A DNA stretch of 64,000 nucleotides from Candidatus Bathyarchaeia archaeon (GTDB taxonomy: Archaea > Thermoproteota > Bathyarchaeia > Bathyarchaeales > Bathycorpusculaceae): the NCBI GenBank assembly GCA_050010755.1, contig JBEKKK010000002.1, positions 136,577-200,576 of the forward strand. The letters run 5' to 3'. This document shows, one piece after another, positions 39,676 to 49,149 of this stretch. The notes beneath the pieces were generated by a model that worked only from the letters and a program-made list of their open reading frames with translations, did not search any database and was not told the origin of the DNA. The translations under genes and the position numbers were made by a program. Each line of letters begins with the position of its first letter. The stretch's first letter is position 1.

Positions 39676-39711
39676 AACATCGTTAATTCTTTGCTCCTTT
39701 CCAAAGAAGGG

Positions 39712-41238
39712 CTACACAGGCTCGTTTATTTTCTTTCCAGTCCTCTTCGTCCACTCTGCTATGGGCACAGAGAACTGTTTTTCCACGTTAGGTCTGTGTA
39801 TGCTGTTGTAAGTGCAGAAGCATCTCACCTTGCCATCGGGTGTGGCGTAGTGAATTGCACATCTTTGAACACGATCGATGTCTATGTTCCAAACATCTTG
39901 GAAGTGCATGATTCCAATCATAACCATTCTGCGCATAAGGTCTCCCATAGCCTCATAGCTTCCCTTGCGTACAACGTTCCCAATCAAGCTTCTAACAAAA
40001 TCAGATTTTGCCATCGGCAAAAGCTTGAGCATCTTCATCTTTGCCATCGTCTTTTTGCCCTTAGCTCCTGAGTAAAAGACATCCCAGAAAACGTCGGCAA
40101 ATTTGTCGACATCTACGTATCGCATAATGGGCTTGTAGGAACCATCCTTATCAATAACCAAGAATGTTGCTGCGCCGCACATGGGACTCATCGTGAACTC
40201 CGGATAACTTCTATTCTTGACGACGCCCATTCCCTTAGCAATCGGAACTGGCCAGTCAACCGGTCTCCAGTCAAACCTGCCGACAACGCCTTTCGTTTGT
40301 TCCTCTATCTCTTTCATCGTGTCGGGAATGGTTATCCGCATTTTTCGCATTTCCTCTTTTCTGGCCTTTCCAGCCATTGAAACTGGCTGAATGTTGATGC
40401 AGCGGATAACATCGTGGTTCTTGATCGCGAAGTCAATTATCTCTCCCAAGTCCTTGTCGTTGACGCCTTTCGCTAGGGTGACGACCAGAACGATTGAGTC
40501 TAGTCCTATCTTTCTCGCGTTTTCCAGCACCTTCAACTTTATGGGAAGCATGTCAGCTCTTGCTCTGGTTTTCTTGTAGATGTCTTCTCTCAAACCGTCA
40601 AACTGAAGATAAAGGGTGCTCAGCCCTGAGTCCAGCAGTTTCTTAAAATATGTAAGGTCTTCAGCGATGCGAATACCGTTAGTATTAACCTCCACGTGTT
40701 CTATGCCTGCTTTTTGGGCCTCCTTTATCAAATCTGGCAGGTCGTTTCTCAACGTCGGTTCTCCTCCGCTGAACTGCAAGGCGTTGCAGGCCCATGGACT
40801 ATTGGACCTGAGCACTTTTATCATGTCCACAATCTGATCATAGGAAGGTTCATACACGTAGTTGGTGGCTCCCACGTAAGCAAAGCAGATTGGGCAGGCC
40901 ATGTTGCACCTGTTCGTGACATCGATGATCCCAAGAATCGTCGGCGTCTTGTGTTGGGGACAGATTCCACAGTCGAAAGGACAGCCGTCAACCGTGCTGG
41001 TGTGCGGTTTCTCCAAGCCGCCGCCCGCATAGCGGGCACTGTTCCAGTTATCATTGAACCACTTGAAAAGCTCAGCGTCACCCCAGTAGACATCCTCAAA
41101 CTTGCCATGCTCGGGGCATGTCTTCTCAAGGTAAATCACGCCCTCATCCTCATATATTCTCATAGGAATTCTTTTCATGCATTCTGGACACAGACTCGTC
41201 GAGTAGGTCTCGAACTTTGATTCTTGTAGCTTCGCCAT
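39712..41238 (-). CDS. tes: Radical SAM tetraether lipid synthase (Tes / GDGT-MAS, MJ0619 family)
   Basis: N-terminal SLCPEC...KTCPEHG, GCPFDCGIC, TNRCNMACPICFA radical SAM motif, SGGEPT, YLQFDG, QPVS, C-terminal RCAIHYATPDG..CFCTYN. Confidence 0.8.
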   Translation of the reverse strand: MAKLQESKFETYSTSLCPECMKRIPMRIYEDEGVIYLEKTCPEHGKFEDVYWGDAELFKWFNDNWNSARYAGGGLEKPHTSTVDGCPFDCGICPQHKTPTILGIIDVTNRCNMACPICFAYVGATNYVYEPSYDQIVDMIKVLRSNSPWACNALQFSGGEPTLRNDLPDLIKEAQKAGIEHVEVNTNGIRIAEDLTYFKKLLDSGLSTLYLQFDGLREDIYKKTRARADMLPIKLKVLENARKIGLDSIVLVVTLAKGVNDKDLGEIIDFAIKNHDVIRCINIQPVSMAGKARKEEMRKMRITIPDTMKEIEEQTKGVVGRFDWRPVDWPVPIAKGMGVVKNRSYPEFTMSPMCGAATFLVIDKDGSYKPIMRYVDVDKFADVFWDVFYSGAKGKKTMAKMKMLKLLPMAKSDFVRSLIGNVVRKGSYEAMGDLMRRMVMIGIMHFQDVWNIDIDRVQRCAIHYATPDGKVRCFCTYNSIHRPNVEKQFSVPIAEWTKRTGKKINEPV

Positions 41239-41398
41239 TCGAACACTTTCCTAAAGCACGAATAAGTAAAAACTGAAGCTGCTAATAAATGGTAAAGTGA
41301 GCGACCACACACCAAGTGCATAAATCAGAACTCAAGAAGTCAGAGACAACTTTCGCGCACTAGGCCTGGCAACCGATTGTTCTCACGCGTTCCACGAC

Positions 41399-41517
41399 TT
41401 GTTACCAAGCATTGTTACCCCGATTGTTACCGACGAAAACAGCCGAACCCCAAAGAACAGTTTTTATCTAGAATTTCTACATGGATTATTACTAACAACA
41501 TTACCACGGTTGTTACC
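41399..41517 (+). repeat. Phased direct-repeat array of TTGTTACC boxes in divergent tes/hypF intergenic region
   Basis: Exact copies at 41399, 41412, 41424, 41510; degenerate TTATTACT 41486 and ACATTACC 41498. Confidence 0.7.
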
Positions 41518-41630
41518 AACAGAGAGGGGGGGCTGGGCCGAAGAGCACGCGTGGCTATTGCTGAACTAATTCCTGGCAAGAGGCATGGTCAAAACGTATA
41601 TCAAGCATGCTTCTTCACTAACGTTTAGAG

Positions 41631-43922
41631 TTGGCTGGTCTGTTGCGATTGAAAATTCAAGTCAGTGGTATAGTTCAGGGGGTGGGTTTTCGACCGTTTG
41701 TCTATCGAATAGCCTTGCAAAACGGGCTTTCCGGCTACGTTATGAACCGAGCAGATGCCGGAGTTGAAATACTGGTGGAGGGTCAGGAGCAGGCAGTCCA
41801 GGAATTCCTAAAGAATTTGAAAGAGAACAAGCCCCCCTTGGCCCAGTTTCATCACATCATCACTTCGGAACTTCCTGGAAGGAATGAATGCACAGGATTC
41901 GTTATAAGAAAGAGTTCGAACGAAGCTGAATTGTCAGGTTCGGTCATTCCTCCTGACATAGCCATTTGTGATGACTGCCTAAGAGAGCTTCGAGATCCTG
42001 GAAATCCGCGGTTTGAGTACTTCTTCATCACGTGTACGAACTGCGGACCAAGATTCACTATAATCGAGAAGTTACCTTATGATCGTGACAACACGACTAT
42101 GCGTGCGTTCCCGATGTGCGACTTTTGCCTCAGCGAGTACAAGGATCCTCTGAACAGACGTTTCCACGCACAGACTGTAGCCTGCCCAAAGTGCGGCCCA
42201 CACGTCTATCTCACAGATGCAAAAGGCGAAGTGTTAAGAGAAAAGGACCCGGTTCGAGAAGCAGGCAAGCTCTTGTCAGAGGGCAACATTCTCGCAATCA
42301 AAGGCTACGGAGGTTTCCACGTTGCCGTATCAACAATCAAATTTGAGTCTTTAACGAGACTGAGAGAAGTCAAGCATCGAAGCCAGAAACCCTTCGCTGT
42401 CATGGCTCGAAGCATAGAAGCCACCAAAACGTTTGCAGAGGTGAGCAAGAATCAAGCGGAACTCTTGTCTTCATCCGCCCGCCCCATAGTGCTCTTGAAC
42501 AAGAGCGGAGAATATTACCTGTCCGATTCAGTTGCTCCAGAGCTTCACAATATCGGCGTGATGCTCCCCTATACTGGGCTGCACTACATGCTGTTTGACA
42601 AAGTTGAGGACCCCGCTTTCGTCATGACAAGCGCTAACCCACCTAACCAGCCTATAACAAAAGACAATGACGAAGCGTTACGAACCCTCAAAGGCACTGT
42701 CGACTTCTTTCTTTTTCACGACCGCGAAATAGCCTATCGTTGTGATGATTCAGTAGTCCGCACTCACGGCGTCAACAGGGTTTTCATAAGACGATCAAGG
42801 GGTTACGCGCCCGCTCCCATAACCCTCAGAAGGAAGACAAAACGTTGCGTTTTAGCCCTAGGAGGGGAGTTGAACAACACCTCCTGCATACTGAGCGGTG
42901 ACAAGGCCTTCTTTTCTCAACACATAGGCGACGTAGACAACGTCGAAACAAGGGCTTTCCTAGACGATGCCACAAGACACCTTATTCGTCTCACAAACAG
43001 CAAGATAGATGCGATCGCATGCGATATGCATCCAAAATTCATTACCACACAACTTGCCCATAAGTGGGCAGAAGAGAACAAGTGGCAAACGGTACGCGTG
43101 CAACACCATTACGCACACATTGCCGCACTCATGGTTGAGCACAACGTGGGGGAAATTTTGGGCATTTGCTGCGACGGCTACGGCTATGGAATAGGCGGTG
43201 AAGCTTGGGGAGGGGAGATACTATTGTGCACCGATGAGGCTTTCGGTTTCAAACGAGTAGCTCATCTCGAAACGCAGCCTCTGATGGGCGGAGACCTAGC
43301 TACATATTACCCGCTGAGAATGGCCGCCGGAATTCTACACGGTCACGCCGACTTGGAAGATTGGCTTCTACGAAATAAACAGCACTTTCCACACGGCGAG
43401 AAAGAAATCAAGATAATTCTTCAACAGCTGGAAAAAAAACAAAACGCGATAAGAACTACTAGCTGCGGAAGAATATTGGACGCAATTTCAGCCGTTCTGG
43501 GCATATGCTATGAACGTACTTACGAGGGCGAACCATCCATGAAACTCGAATCAATGGCAGCAAAAGGCAAGGATGTACTGAAACTCAAGCCGATAATACG
43601 AGGCGACACCCTTGACACAACGCAAATGCTTCTGGACATTTTCGAAAATAAAGACAAGCATTCTAAGGCAGACTTGGCGTACTCCGCACAGGCGTATCTG
43701 GCCAAAGGTCTAGCGGCGTTGGCAATCGAAAAAGCGTTCGAGAACGACATCAAAATCGTAGGCTTCTCGGGAGGAGTTGCAGCAAACGAAATCCTGACAT
43801 TGACCTTGGGAGAAATCGTGAAGACTTCAGGCTTGCGATTCCTAGCTCACAGAGACGTTCCGCCTGGCGATAGTGGTTTGTCGTTTGGTCAGGCCGTTGC
43901 ATCTGCGTTTTTCAATTCCTAG
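41631..43922 (+). CDS. hypF: Carbamoyltransferase HypF
   Basis: GIVQGVGFRPF acylphosphatase domain, Zn-finger CxxC pairs, RRSRGYAP, QHHYAH, PPGDSGLSFGQ. Confidence 0.95.
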   Translation: MAGLLRLKIQVSGIVQGVGFRPFVYRIALQNGLSGYVMNRADAGVEILVEGQEQAVQEFLKNLKENKPPLAQFHHIITSELPGRNECTGFVIRKSSNEAELSGSVIPPDIAICDDCLRELRDPGNPRFEYFFITCTNCGPRFTIIEKLPYDRDNTTMRAFPMCDFCLSEYKDPLNRRFHAQTVACPKCGPHVYLTDAKGEVLREKDPVREAGKLLSEGNILAIKGYGGFHVAVSTIKFESLTRLREVKHRSQKPFAVMARSIEATKTFAEVSKNQAELLSSSARPIVLLNKSGEYYLSDSVAPELHNIGVMLPYTGLHYMLFDKVEDPAFVMTSANPPNQPITKDNDEALRTLKGTVDFFLFHDREIAYRCDDSVVRTHGVNRVFIRRSRGYAPAPITLRRKTKRCVLALGGELNNTSCILSGDKAFFSQHIGDVDNVETRAFLDDATRHLIRLTNSKIDAIACDMHPKFITTQLAHKWAEENKWQTVRVQHHYAHIAALMVEHNVGEILGICCDGYGYGIGGEAWGGEILLCTDEAFGFKRVAHLETQPLMGGDLATYYPLRMAAGILHGHADLEDWLLRNKQHFPHGEKEIKIILQQLEKKQNAIRTTSCGRILDAISAVLGICYERTYEGEPSMKLESMAAKGKDVLKLKPIIRGDTLDTTQMLLDIFENKDKHSKADLAYSAQAYLAKGLAALAIEKAFENDIKIVGFSGGVAANEILTLTLGEIVKTSGLRFLAHRDVPPGDSGLSFGQAVASAFFNS

Positions 43923-43970
43923 ACCATAATGAATTTATCGCTCCAAAAGCGTTCGGATATTCTGATAGAG

Positions 43971-44201
43971 ATGTGTTTGGCGATTCCCGCAAAGGTTTTA
44001 ACCGTTGAGCATGAAAAGGCCAACGTTGACTTTGGCGGAGGAGTGGTGAGAGAGGTCAACGTAACCCTTGTAACCGTTGGAGTCGGCGACTACGTATTAG
44101 TTCATGCAGGCTATGCCATTCAGGTTTTGGACAAGGAAGAGGCGTTGGAGACCCTGCGCTTGTGGAACGAGATTCTTGAATTTGAACCTAATCCACAGTA
44201 A
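43971..44201 (+). CDS. hypC: Hydrogenase maturation chaperone HypC
   Basis: MCLAIPAKV N-terminus, GDYVLVHAGYAI. Confidence 0.95.
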   Translation: MCLAIPAKVLTVEHEKANVDFGGGVVREVNVTLVTVGVGDYVLVHAGYAIQVLDKEEALETLRLWNEILEFEPNPQ

Positions 44202-44216
44202 CAGGATCCAGATGAA

Positions 44217-45305
44217 ATGATTCCAACCGCTAGGTTTAGAGATGAGAATCTTTCGAAACGCGTGGCGCAGAAGATTCATGAAATAGCAAGAGGCTCTCCA
44301 CTTAAGATATGCCACATTTGCGGCACCCATGAGTGGACAATAACGCATTTTGGCATACGAAGCCTTCTGCCATCAAACATAGAGGTGATAGCGGGTCCAG
44401 GCTGCCCCGTTTGCATAGTTCCAGCATCAGAGATCGATGAAGCTGTGGAACTAGCTCTGAAGAAAGTTACGGTAACCTGTTTCGGTGACGTTCTGCGAGT
44501 TCCAGGTTCAAAAATGTCTCTTCTGGATGCTAAAGCCGCAGGGGCTGACGTCCGCATTGTCTACAGTGTCGAGGACGCGGTCAGGATGGCTAGAAACGAG
44601 GTTGGCAAGGAATTTGCCTTTTTTGCTGTAGGCTTTGAAACCACCGCACCGTCAACTGCCGTCGAATTAGCTGGGAAATCGCCGCCTGAAAACCTGAGTT
44701 TTCTAATATCTCATCGGCTAATCCCACCGGCTATGGAGCTTCTCGTAAAGATGAGAGACTTAAGTATCGATGGTTTCATCGCACCAGGCCACGTAAGCAC
44801 GATAATCGGACTCAAGCCATACGAAATTTTCCCAAAGACCTACAAGATGCCCACAGTTGTGGCGGGTTTCGAGCCTCTCGACGTCCTATTTTCCATTTAC
44901 ATGATTGTGAAACAGATAAGGGAAGGCAAGCCTCAGCTCGAGAACGAGTACGTACGTGCCGTGCATGAGGAGGGAAACCTTAAGGCTCAGGAAGTGATGC
45001 GTAAAGTTTTCGACATTTCCGATGGCAACTGGCGTGGGCTAGGAGAAATACCTCATTCCAAACTCCGATTGATTCACCACTATGCAGCATTCGATGCCCT
45101 CCTGAAACACAATGTGCGCGTTGAACGTGGCGTCGACGTACAACGAGGTTGTCAGTGTCATCTAGTTATAATCGGCAAAACGAAACCCACAGACTGTCCA
45201 CTATTCATGAAAACTTGCACGCCACAAAAGCCTGTAGGCGCTTGTATGGTTGGCAGCGAGGGAACGTGCCGTATTTGGGCAAGGACAGTCAAGAAGCTAC
45301 AGTGA
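44217..45305 (+). CDS. hypD: Hydrogenase maturation protein HypD
   Basis: CGTH, GPGCPVC, GFETT, PGHVS, C-terminal Cys cluster. Confidence 0.95.
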   Translation: MIPTARFRDENLSKRVAQKIHEIARGSPLKICHICGTHEWTITHFGIRSLLPSNIEVIAGPGCPVCIVPASEIDEAVELALKKVTVTCFGDVLRVPGSKMSLLDAKAAGADVRIVYSVEDAVRMARNEVGKEFAFFAVGFETTAPSTAVELAGKSPPENLSFLISHRLIPPAMELLVKMRDLSIDGFIAPGHVSTIIGLKPYEIFPKTYKMPTVVAGFEPLDVLFSIYMIVKQIREGKPQLENEYVRAVHEEGNLKAQEVMRKVFDISDGNWRGLGEIPHSKLRLIHHYAAFDALLKHNVRVERGVDVQRGCQCHLVIIGKTKPTDCPLFMKTCTPQKPVGACMVGSEGTCRIWARTVKKLQ

Positions 45306-45376
45306 AATGCCGCCCCTAACCAATGACTCTTACAGCCCATCTATTCAAAAGGACTGGAAAAGGTAGATCTAACCCT

Positions 45377-46444
45377 CTAACATATTCTTGGCACGGGATC
45401 GCCTATCGGTCTCGAAATTATTCTCTTTCCGCCTATCGTCGTCTGCATTGCGACGCCTGTGAAATCGTTCGTTGCTTCTCCGATGATTTCTGCCTCTTTT
45501 CCAGGAAGTGTTGTCCGCAAAAGCTCCAAGATTTCTTCAGCTCTTTCCTTAACGACCCCTATTACCACTTTCCCTTCATTTCCGATTTCAAGCGGATCCA
45601 ACCCAAGCATTTCGCACGCTGCCCTCACATCATTTCTGACTGGTATCTTGTCCTCCACTGTCAATATGCCGACCTGCGATTTCTCGCAAAACTCGTTCAA
45701 CGCGTCGGCCAAACCGCCTCGCGTCGGATCCTTCATGGCTACAATACCTCCGACTTCACCCAGCAAACATTGAATCAATCGGTTCAATGGTTTAACATCG
45801 GATCTTATGGCGCTTCCAAAACGCAAACCTTCCTGTGCTGACAAGACGGCTAAGCCATGGTCGCCTATAGTTCCGGACAGGATTATCTTGTCACCAACAC
45901 AGAGGTTCGAATCCAACGTCCAGCGAGATTTAAAGCCGCTCCTAAATTGTCTCACAACCTTAAAGTTCCTGTCCAAGGCCACTGTTCGCCTCCCAATCCC
46001 AGACGTGTTTATTATGCATCCTCCCAGACTTCCTTTCTCCACAACCTTGGTGTCTCCAGTAACGATGCTCACGCTTGCTTCAACACATGTTTGTTGCATG
46101 CTCGTCAGTATTCTTTCAAAATCATCCAAAGTTAAACCCTCTTCCAAAACGAATCCACATGCGAGCGCATATGGTTCTCCCCCGACCATTGAAATATCGT
46201 TGACTGTGCCAGAAACTGCTAAGCGTCCAATATCACCTCCGGGGAAGAATATTGGTTTCACAACGTGCGAATCGCTCTTGAAAACTACGTCACCAACGAC
46301 GGCGGCGTCATCCATGGCTTCAAGCGGAACTTCCGCGTTACTGGTTCCTCCGAAATGTTTGATGATGTAGTTCTTGACTAGATCGTGCATGACTGTTCCG
46401 CCTGCCCCGTGCAACATCGTGATATGTCCACTCTCTTCGTTCAA
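45377..46444 (-). CDS. hypE: Hydrogenase maturation protein HypE
   Basis: HGAGG, FFPGGDIG, TGDTKVV, DPTRGG, C-terminal PRIC. Confidence 0.95.
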   Translation of the reverse strand: MNEESGHITMLHGAGGTVMHDLVKNYIIKHFGGTSNAEVPLEAMDDAAVVGDVVFKSDSHVVKPIFFPGGDIGRLAVSGTVNDISMVGGEPYALACGFVLEEGLTLDDFERILTSMQQTCVEASVSIVTGDTKVVEKGSLGGCIINTSGIGRRTVALDRNFKVVRQFRSGFKSRWTLDSNLCVGDKIILSGTIGDHGLAVLSAQEGLRFGSAIRSDVKPLNRLIQCLLGEVGGIVAMKDPTRGGLADALNEFCEKSQVGILTVEDKIPVRNDVRAACEMLGLDPLEIGNEGKVVIGVVKERAEEILELLRTTLPGKEAEIIGEATNDFTGVAMQTTIGGKRIISRPIGDPVPRIC

Positions 46445-46586
46445 TCTACCACACTCGCTTTCGACTTGATATCTAACTTCAAAAGTCAAAAATAAACACA
46501 TCGTACTACAGAGTCGGGCTACTCAAGCCTCGTGCCAAAAGCGCGTTTAAGGAGAGCAAACAGCTCGGCAAACCTTTGCTTTAGAG

Positions 46587-46601
46587 GAAAACCATATAAA
46601 T
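46587..46601 (+). promoter_or_regulatory. BRE/TATA promoter for the ribosomal protein cluster
   Basis: GAAAACCATATAAAT about 45 nt before the L22 start, followed by GAGGAG RBS. Confidence 0.5.
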
Positions 46602-46643
46602 CACCATACTGCTGTTCATTTGCGCAACTGAGGAGAATATGAA

Positions 46644-47132
46644 GTGCCAAAATGGGGGTACTCAATAGCAGAAGAAGAACTGGATCCGGAGAAAACCGTG
46701 AAAGCCAGTGCACGACAGATTAGTGTATCCCATAAATCGGCACGAGAAATTTGCAAAACGATTAATGGTATGATGCTCACTCAGGCGAAGCAGTATCTTA
46801 AGGATGTCACTGTGAAAAAGAAACCTGTCCCGTTCAAGCGTTTCAGGAAAAAATCGGGGCATCGGCACGGGTTGGTAAAGGCGTTTGCTGGTAGATATCC
46901 GATCAAAGCTGCTGGGAAGATTCTGAAGGTACTTGAGGGAGCTGAGGCTAACGCTGAAAATAAGGGTCTCGACACGGATAGACTGCGTATAATTCACGCG
47001 GCTACCAGTCAGGCGATGAAGGTTAAGCGTTTTCAGCCAAGGGCTCAAGGAAGAACCACGCCGAGTTTCAACACTCTTTGCCACGTTGAGATAGCCCTAG
47101 AAGAACAGCCAGAGAAGGGAGAAGGAGCCTAG
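46644..47132 (+). CDS. rpl22: 50S ribosomal protein L22 (uL22)
   Basis: MPKWGYS, GRYPIKAA, NAENKGLD, PRAQGR. Confidence 0.95.
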   Translation: MPKWGYSIAEEELDPEKTVKASARQISVSHKSAREICKTINGMMLTQAKQYLKDVTVKKKPVPFKRFRKKSGHRHGLVKAFAGRYPIKAAGKILKVLEGAEANAENKGLDTDRLRIIHAATSQAMKVKRFQPRAQGRTTPSFNTLCHVEIALEEQPEKGEGA

Positions 47133-47860
47133 TGTCAGTCGTCAAACACTTCATTACAGACTCCATAAAGAAAACGGAAATCGACGAGTTTCTGCAGAAA
47201 AAACTTGAAAGGGCAGGCTATGGCGGCGTTACCATATCGAAGACGCCCTTGGGAACTCACATAGTTGTTTATGCTATGCGACCAGGTTTGGTGATAGGTC
47301 GCGGTGGAGAAACCATAAGAGAGCTTGCAAGTATTCTGGAGGAGAAATTCAAGGTTTCAAACCCGCAGATTTCTGTTTCTGAAATCGAAATTCCAGAGTT
47401 GAATGCTTACGTAGTTGCCTCACGTGTTGCAAGCGCGCTGCAGAGAGGCGTGCATTTTAGGAGAGCCGGTTTTTGGTCCCTTAACCAAGTCATGGAGGCA
47501 GGCGCGTTAGGCGCAGAAATAGTAATTAGCGGAAAATTGAGGACTGAAAGGGCAAGATATGAAAAATTCAAAGCCGGATACTTGGTGAAATGCGGGGACC
47601 CATCAATAAAATACATGCAAAGAGCTGAGGTTCATGTTCAACTGAAGCCGGGCATATTCGGCGTAAGAGTCAAGATAATGCCTCCAGACGCAATATTCCC
47701 CGACAAGATTAAGATAGTTGAAAAAGTTCCGCCCGAATTGGAACCGAAAGAGGCAGAAGAAACAGAGGCAAAAACCGAGCAGGAACCATCGGTCGAAGAG
47801 GAGAAAGCTGAGGAAACAGGCACTGACGTGAAAAGAGAGGAAGGGGAGGGAACCGCTTAG
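47132..47860 (+). CDS. rps3: 30S ribosomal protein S3 (uS3)
   Basis: PGLVIGRGG KH motif, GAEIVISGKL; acidic C-terminal tail. Confidence 0.96.
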   Translation: MSVVKHFITDSIKKTEIDEFLQKKLERAGYGGVTISKTPLGTHIVVYAMRPGLVIGRGGETIRELASILEEKFKVSNPQISVSEIEIPELNAYVVASRVASALQRGVHFRRAGFWSLNQVMEAGALGAEIVISGKLRTERARYEKFKAGYLVKCGDPSIKYMQRAEVHVQLKPGIFGVRVKIMPPDAIFPDKIKIVEKVPPELEPKEAEETEAKTEQEPSVEEEKAEETGTDVKREEGEGTA

Positions 47861-48100
47861 ATGCCCGTGCTGCGAATGAAAGAGATACGCGACCTGTCTT
47901 CTGTCGAAAGAACGGAGAAGCTGGACGATTTCAGGACGGAGCTTCTTAGAATGAAGACCATGATCGGCGCGGGTGGAACTGTAGAGAATCCGGCGAGGGT
48001 TAAGGCTCTCCGCAAGGCAATAGCAAAGATTCTGACAGTCGAACACGAGGAAAAGCACGGAATAAGGAAGACCGAACCAAGAAAGAGGAAAAAGAAATGA
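47861..48100 (+). CDS. rpl29: 50S ribosomal protein L29 (uL29)
   Basis: LRMKEIRDLS, ENPARVKALRKAIAKILT. Confidence 0.92.
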   Translation: MPVLRMKEIRDLSSVERTEKLDDFRTELLRMKTMIGAGGTVENPARVKALRKAIAKILTVEHEEKHGIRKTEPRKRKKK

Positions 48101-48378
48101 ACATAACGCCAGACATAATCCGCTGCGAATTCATCGGTACTGAAGTCAGGGTCGCTCGGAGCAGCCATAGAGGCAACGTTGGAATCTGTGGCAAAGTGGC
48201 TGGCGAAACAAGAAATACCTTCGCTATCTTGCACGAAGGGAAGAAGAAAACTGTCGCAAAGGACTCGTCTGTCTTTCACTTCAAGTTTCCAGATAGAACG
48301 ATCGTCGAAGTCAACGGCAGGCTTCTTACGGGAAGACCTGAGGATCGCCTCAAGAAAAATGTTAGGAGATTATGGTGA
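48097..48378 (+). CDS. rnp1: Ribonuclease P protein component 1 (Rpp29)
   Basis: EFIGTEVRV, ETRNT, GRPEDRLKK; canonical position between L29 and S17. Confidence 0.9.
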   Translation: MNITPDIIRCEFIGTEVRVARSSHRGNVGICGKVAGETRNTFAILHEGKKKTVAKDSSVFHFKFPDRTIVEVNGRLLTGRPEDRLKKNVRRLW

Positions 48379-48695
48379 TGTCACTCACTTTCAAGAAGCC
48401 CAAGAAAGCCTGTGAAGACACGAACTGTCCGTTTCACGGAGAACTTCCAATTAGAGGCCGCGTGTTTAAAGGAGTTGTTGTCACAGCGAAGATGGAAAAA
48501 ACTGTGGTTGTAGAACGCGATTACCTTTCATACATTTCAAAGTTCATGAGGTATGAAAGAAGGCGCAGTCGAATACCCTCCCACAACCCACCCTGCATAG
48601 ACGCAAGAGAAGGAGACCGCGTGATAATAGCTGAGACCCGCCCGATAAGCAAGACAGTGTCATTTGTCGTCGTTGAAAAGTTGGAAGGGAAGTAG
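48378..48695 (+). CDS. rps17: 30S ribosomal protein S17 (uS17)
   Basis: [27 protein letters not shown]. Confidence 0.95.
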   Translation: MSLTFKKPKKACEDTNCPFHGELPIRGRVFKGVVVTAKMEKTVVVERDYLSYISKFMRYERRRSRIPSHNPPCIDAREGDRVIIAETRPISKTVSFVVVEKLEGK

Positions 48696-48696
48696 A

Positions 48697-49137
48697 ATGG
48701 CGGCTAAAGCAAAAGGGCGAGGGTTAGTCGCAAGGGGAATGCTTGGACATGGACCGAAGCTATCGAGAGGATTGCAACCGCCTGCAATTCTGAGATGCGC
48801 TGACAATACTGGGGCGAGACACCTGAGGCTAATTCAGGTTATGGGCTATAAGGGAAGGTTGCGCCGTTATCCACGTGCTGCGGTGGGTGACAAGATAACT
48901 GTCTCTGTCAGACAAGGAACACCCGACATGCGAAAGAAAATTTTCCAAGCGGTGATCGTGAGACAAAGAAAACCGTTCAGACGGATTGACGGTGTCTGGG
49001 TTGCATTCGAAGACAACGCGGCAGTAGTGATAACTCCCGAAGGAGAAATGAAGGGCTCGGAGATTCGGGGTCCAGTGGCAAAAGAGGCGGCAGAAAGATG
49101 GCCGAGGATAGCAAGCGCCGCCAGTATAATAATATAG
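48697..49137 (+). CDS. rpl14: 50S ribosomal protein L14 (uL14)
   Basis: [29 protein letters not shown]. Confidence 0.96.
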   Translation: MAAKAKGRGLVARGMLGHGPKLSRGLQPPAILRCADNTGARHLRLIQVMGYKGRLRRYPRAAVGDKITVSVRQGTPDMRKKIFQAVIVRQRKPFRRIDGVWVAFEDNAAVVITPEGEMKGSEIRGPVAKEAAERWPRIASAASIII

Positions 49138-49149
49138 GTTGAGGAAAGC

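Noticed and set aside
41399-41517. CRISPR array interpretation of the TTGTTACC repeats
   Set aside because: Repeat is 8 bp with 4-5 bp gaps; no 30-40 bp spacers and no cas genes
44217-45305. HypD CGTHEW instead of CGxHxH
   Set aside because: Variation at this position is, to my knowledge, common in archaeal HypD; all other motifs are intact
45903-45915. GGTTCGAATCC, a tRNA T-loop-like string
   Set aside because: Lies inside hypE coding sequence and no cloverleaf stems can be built around it
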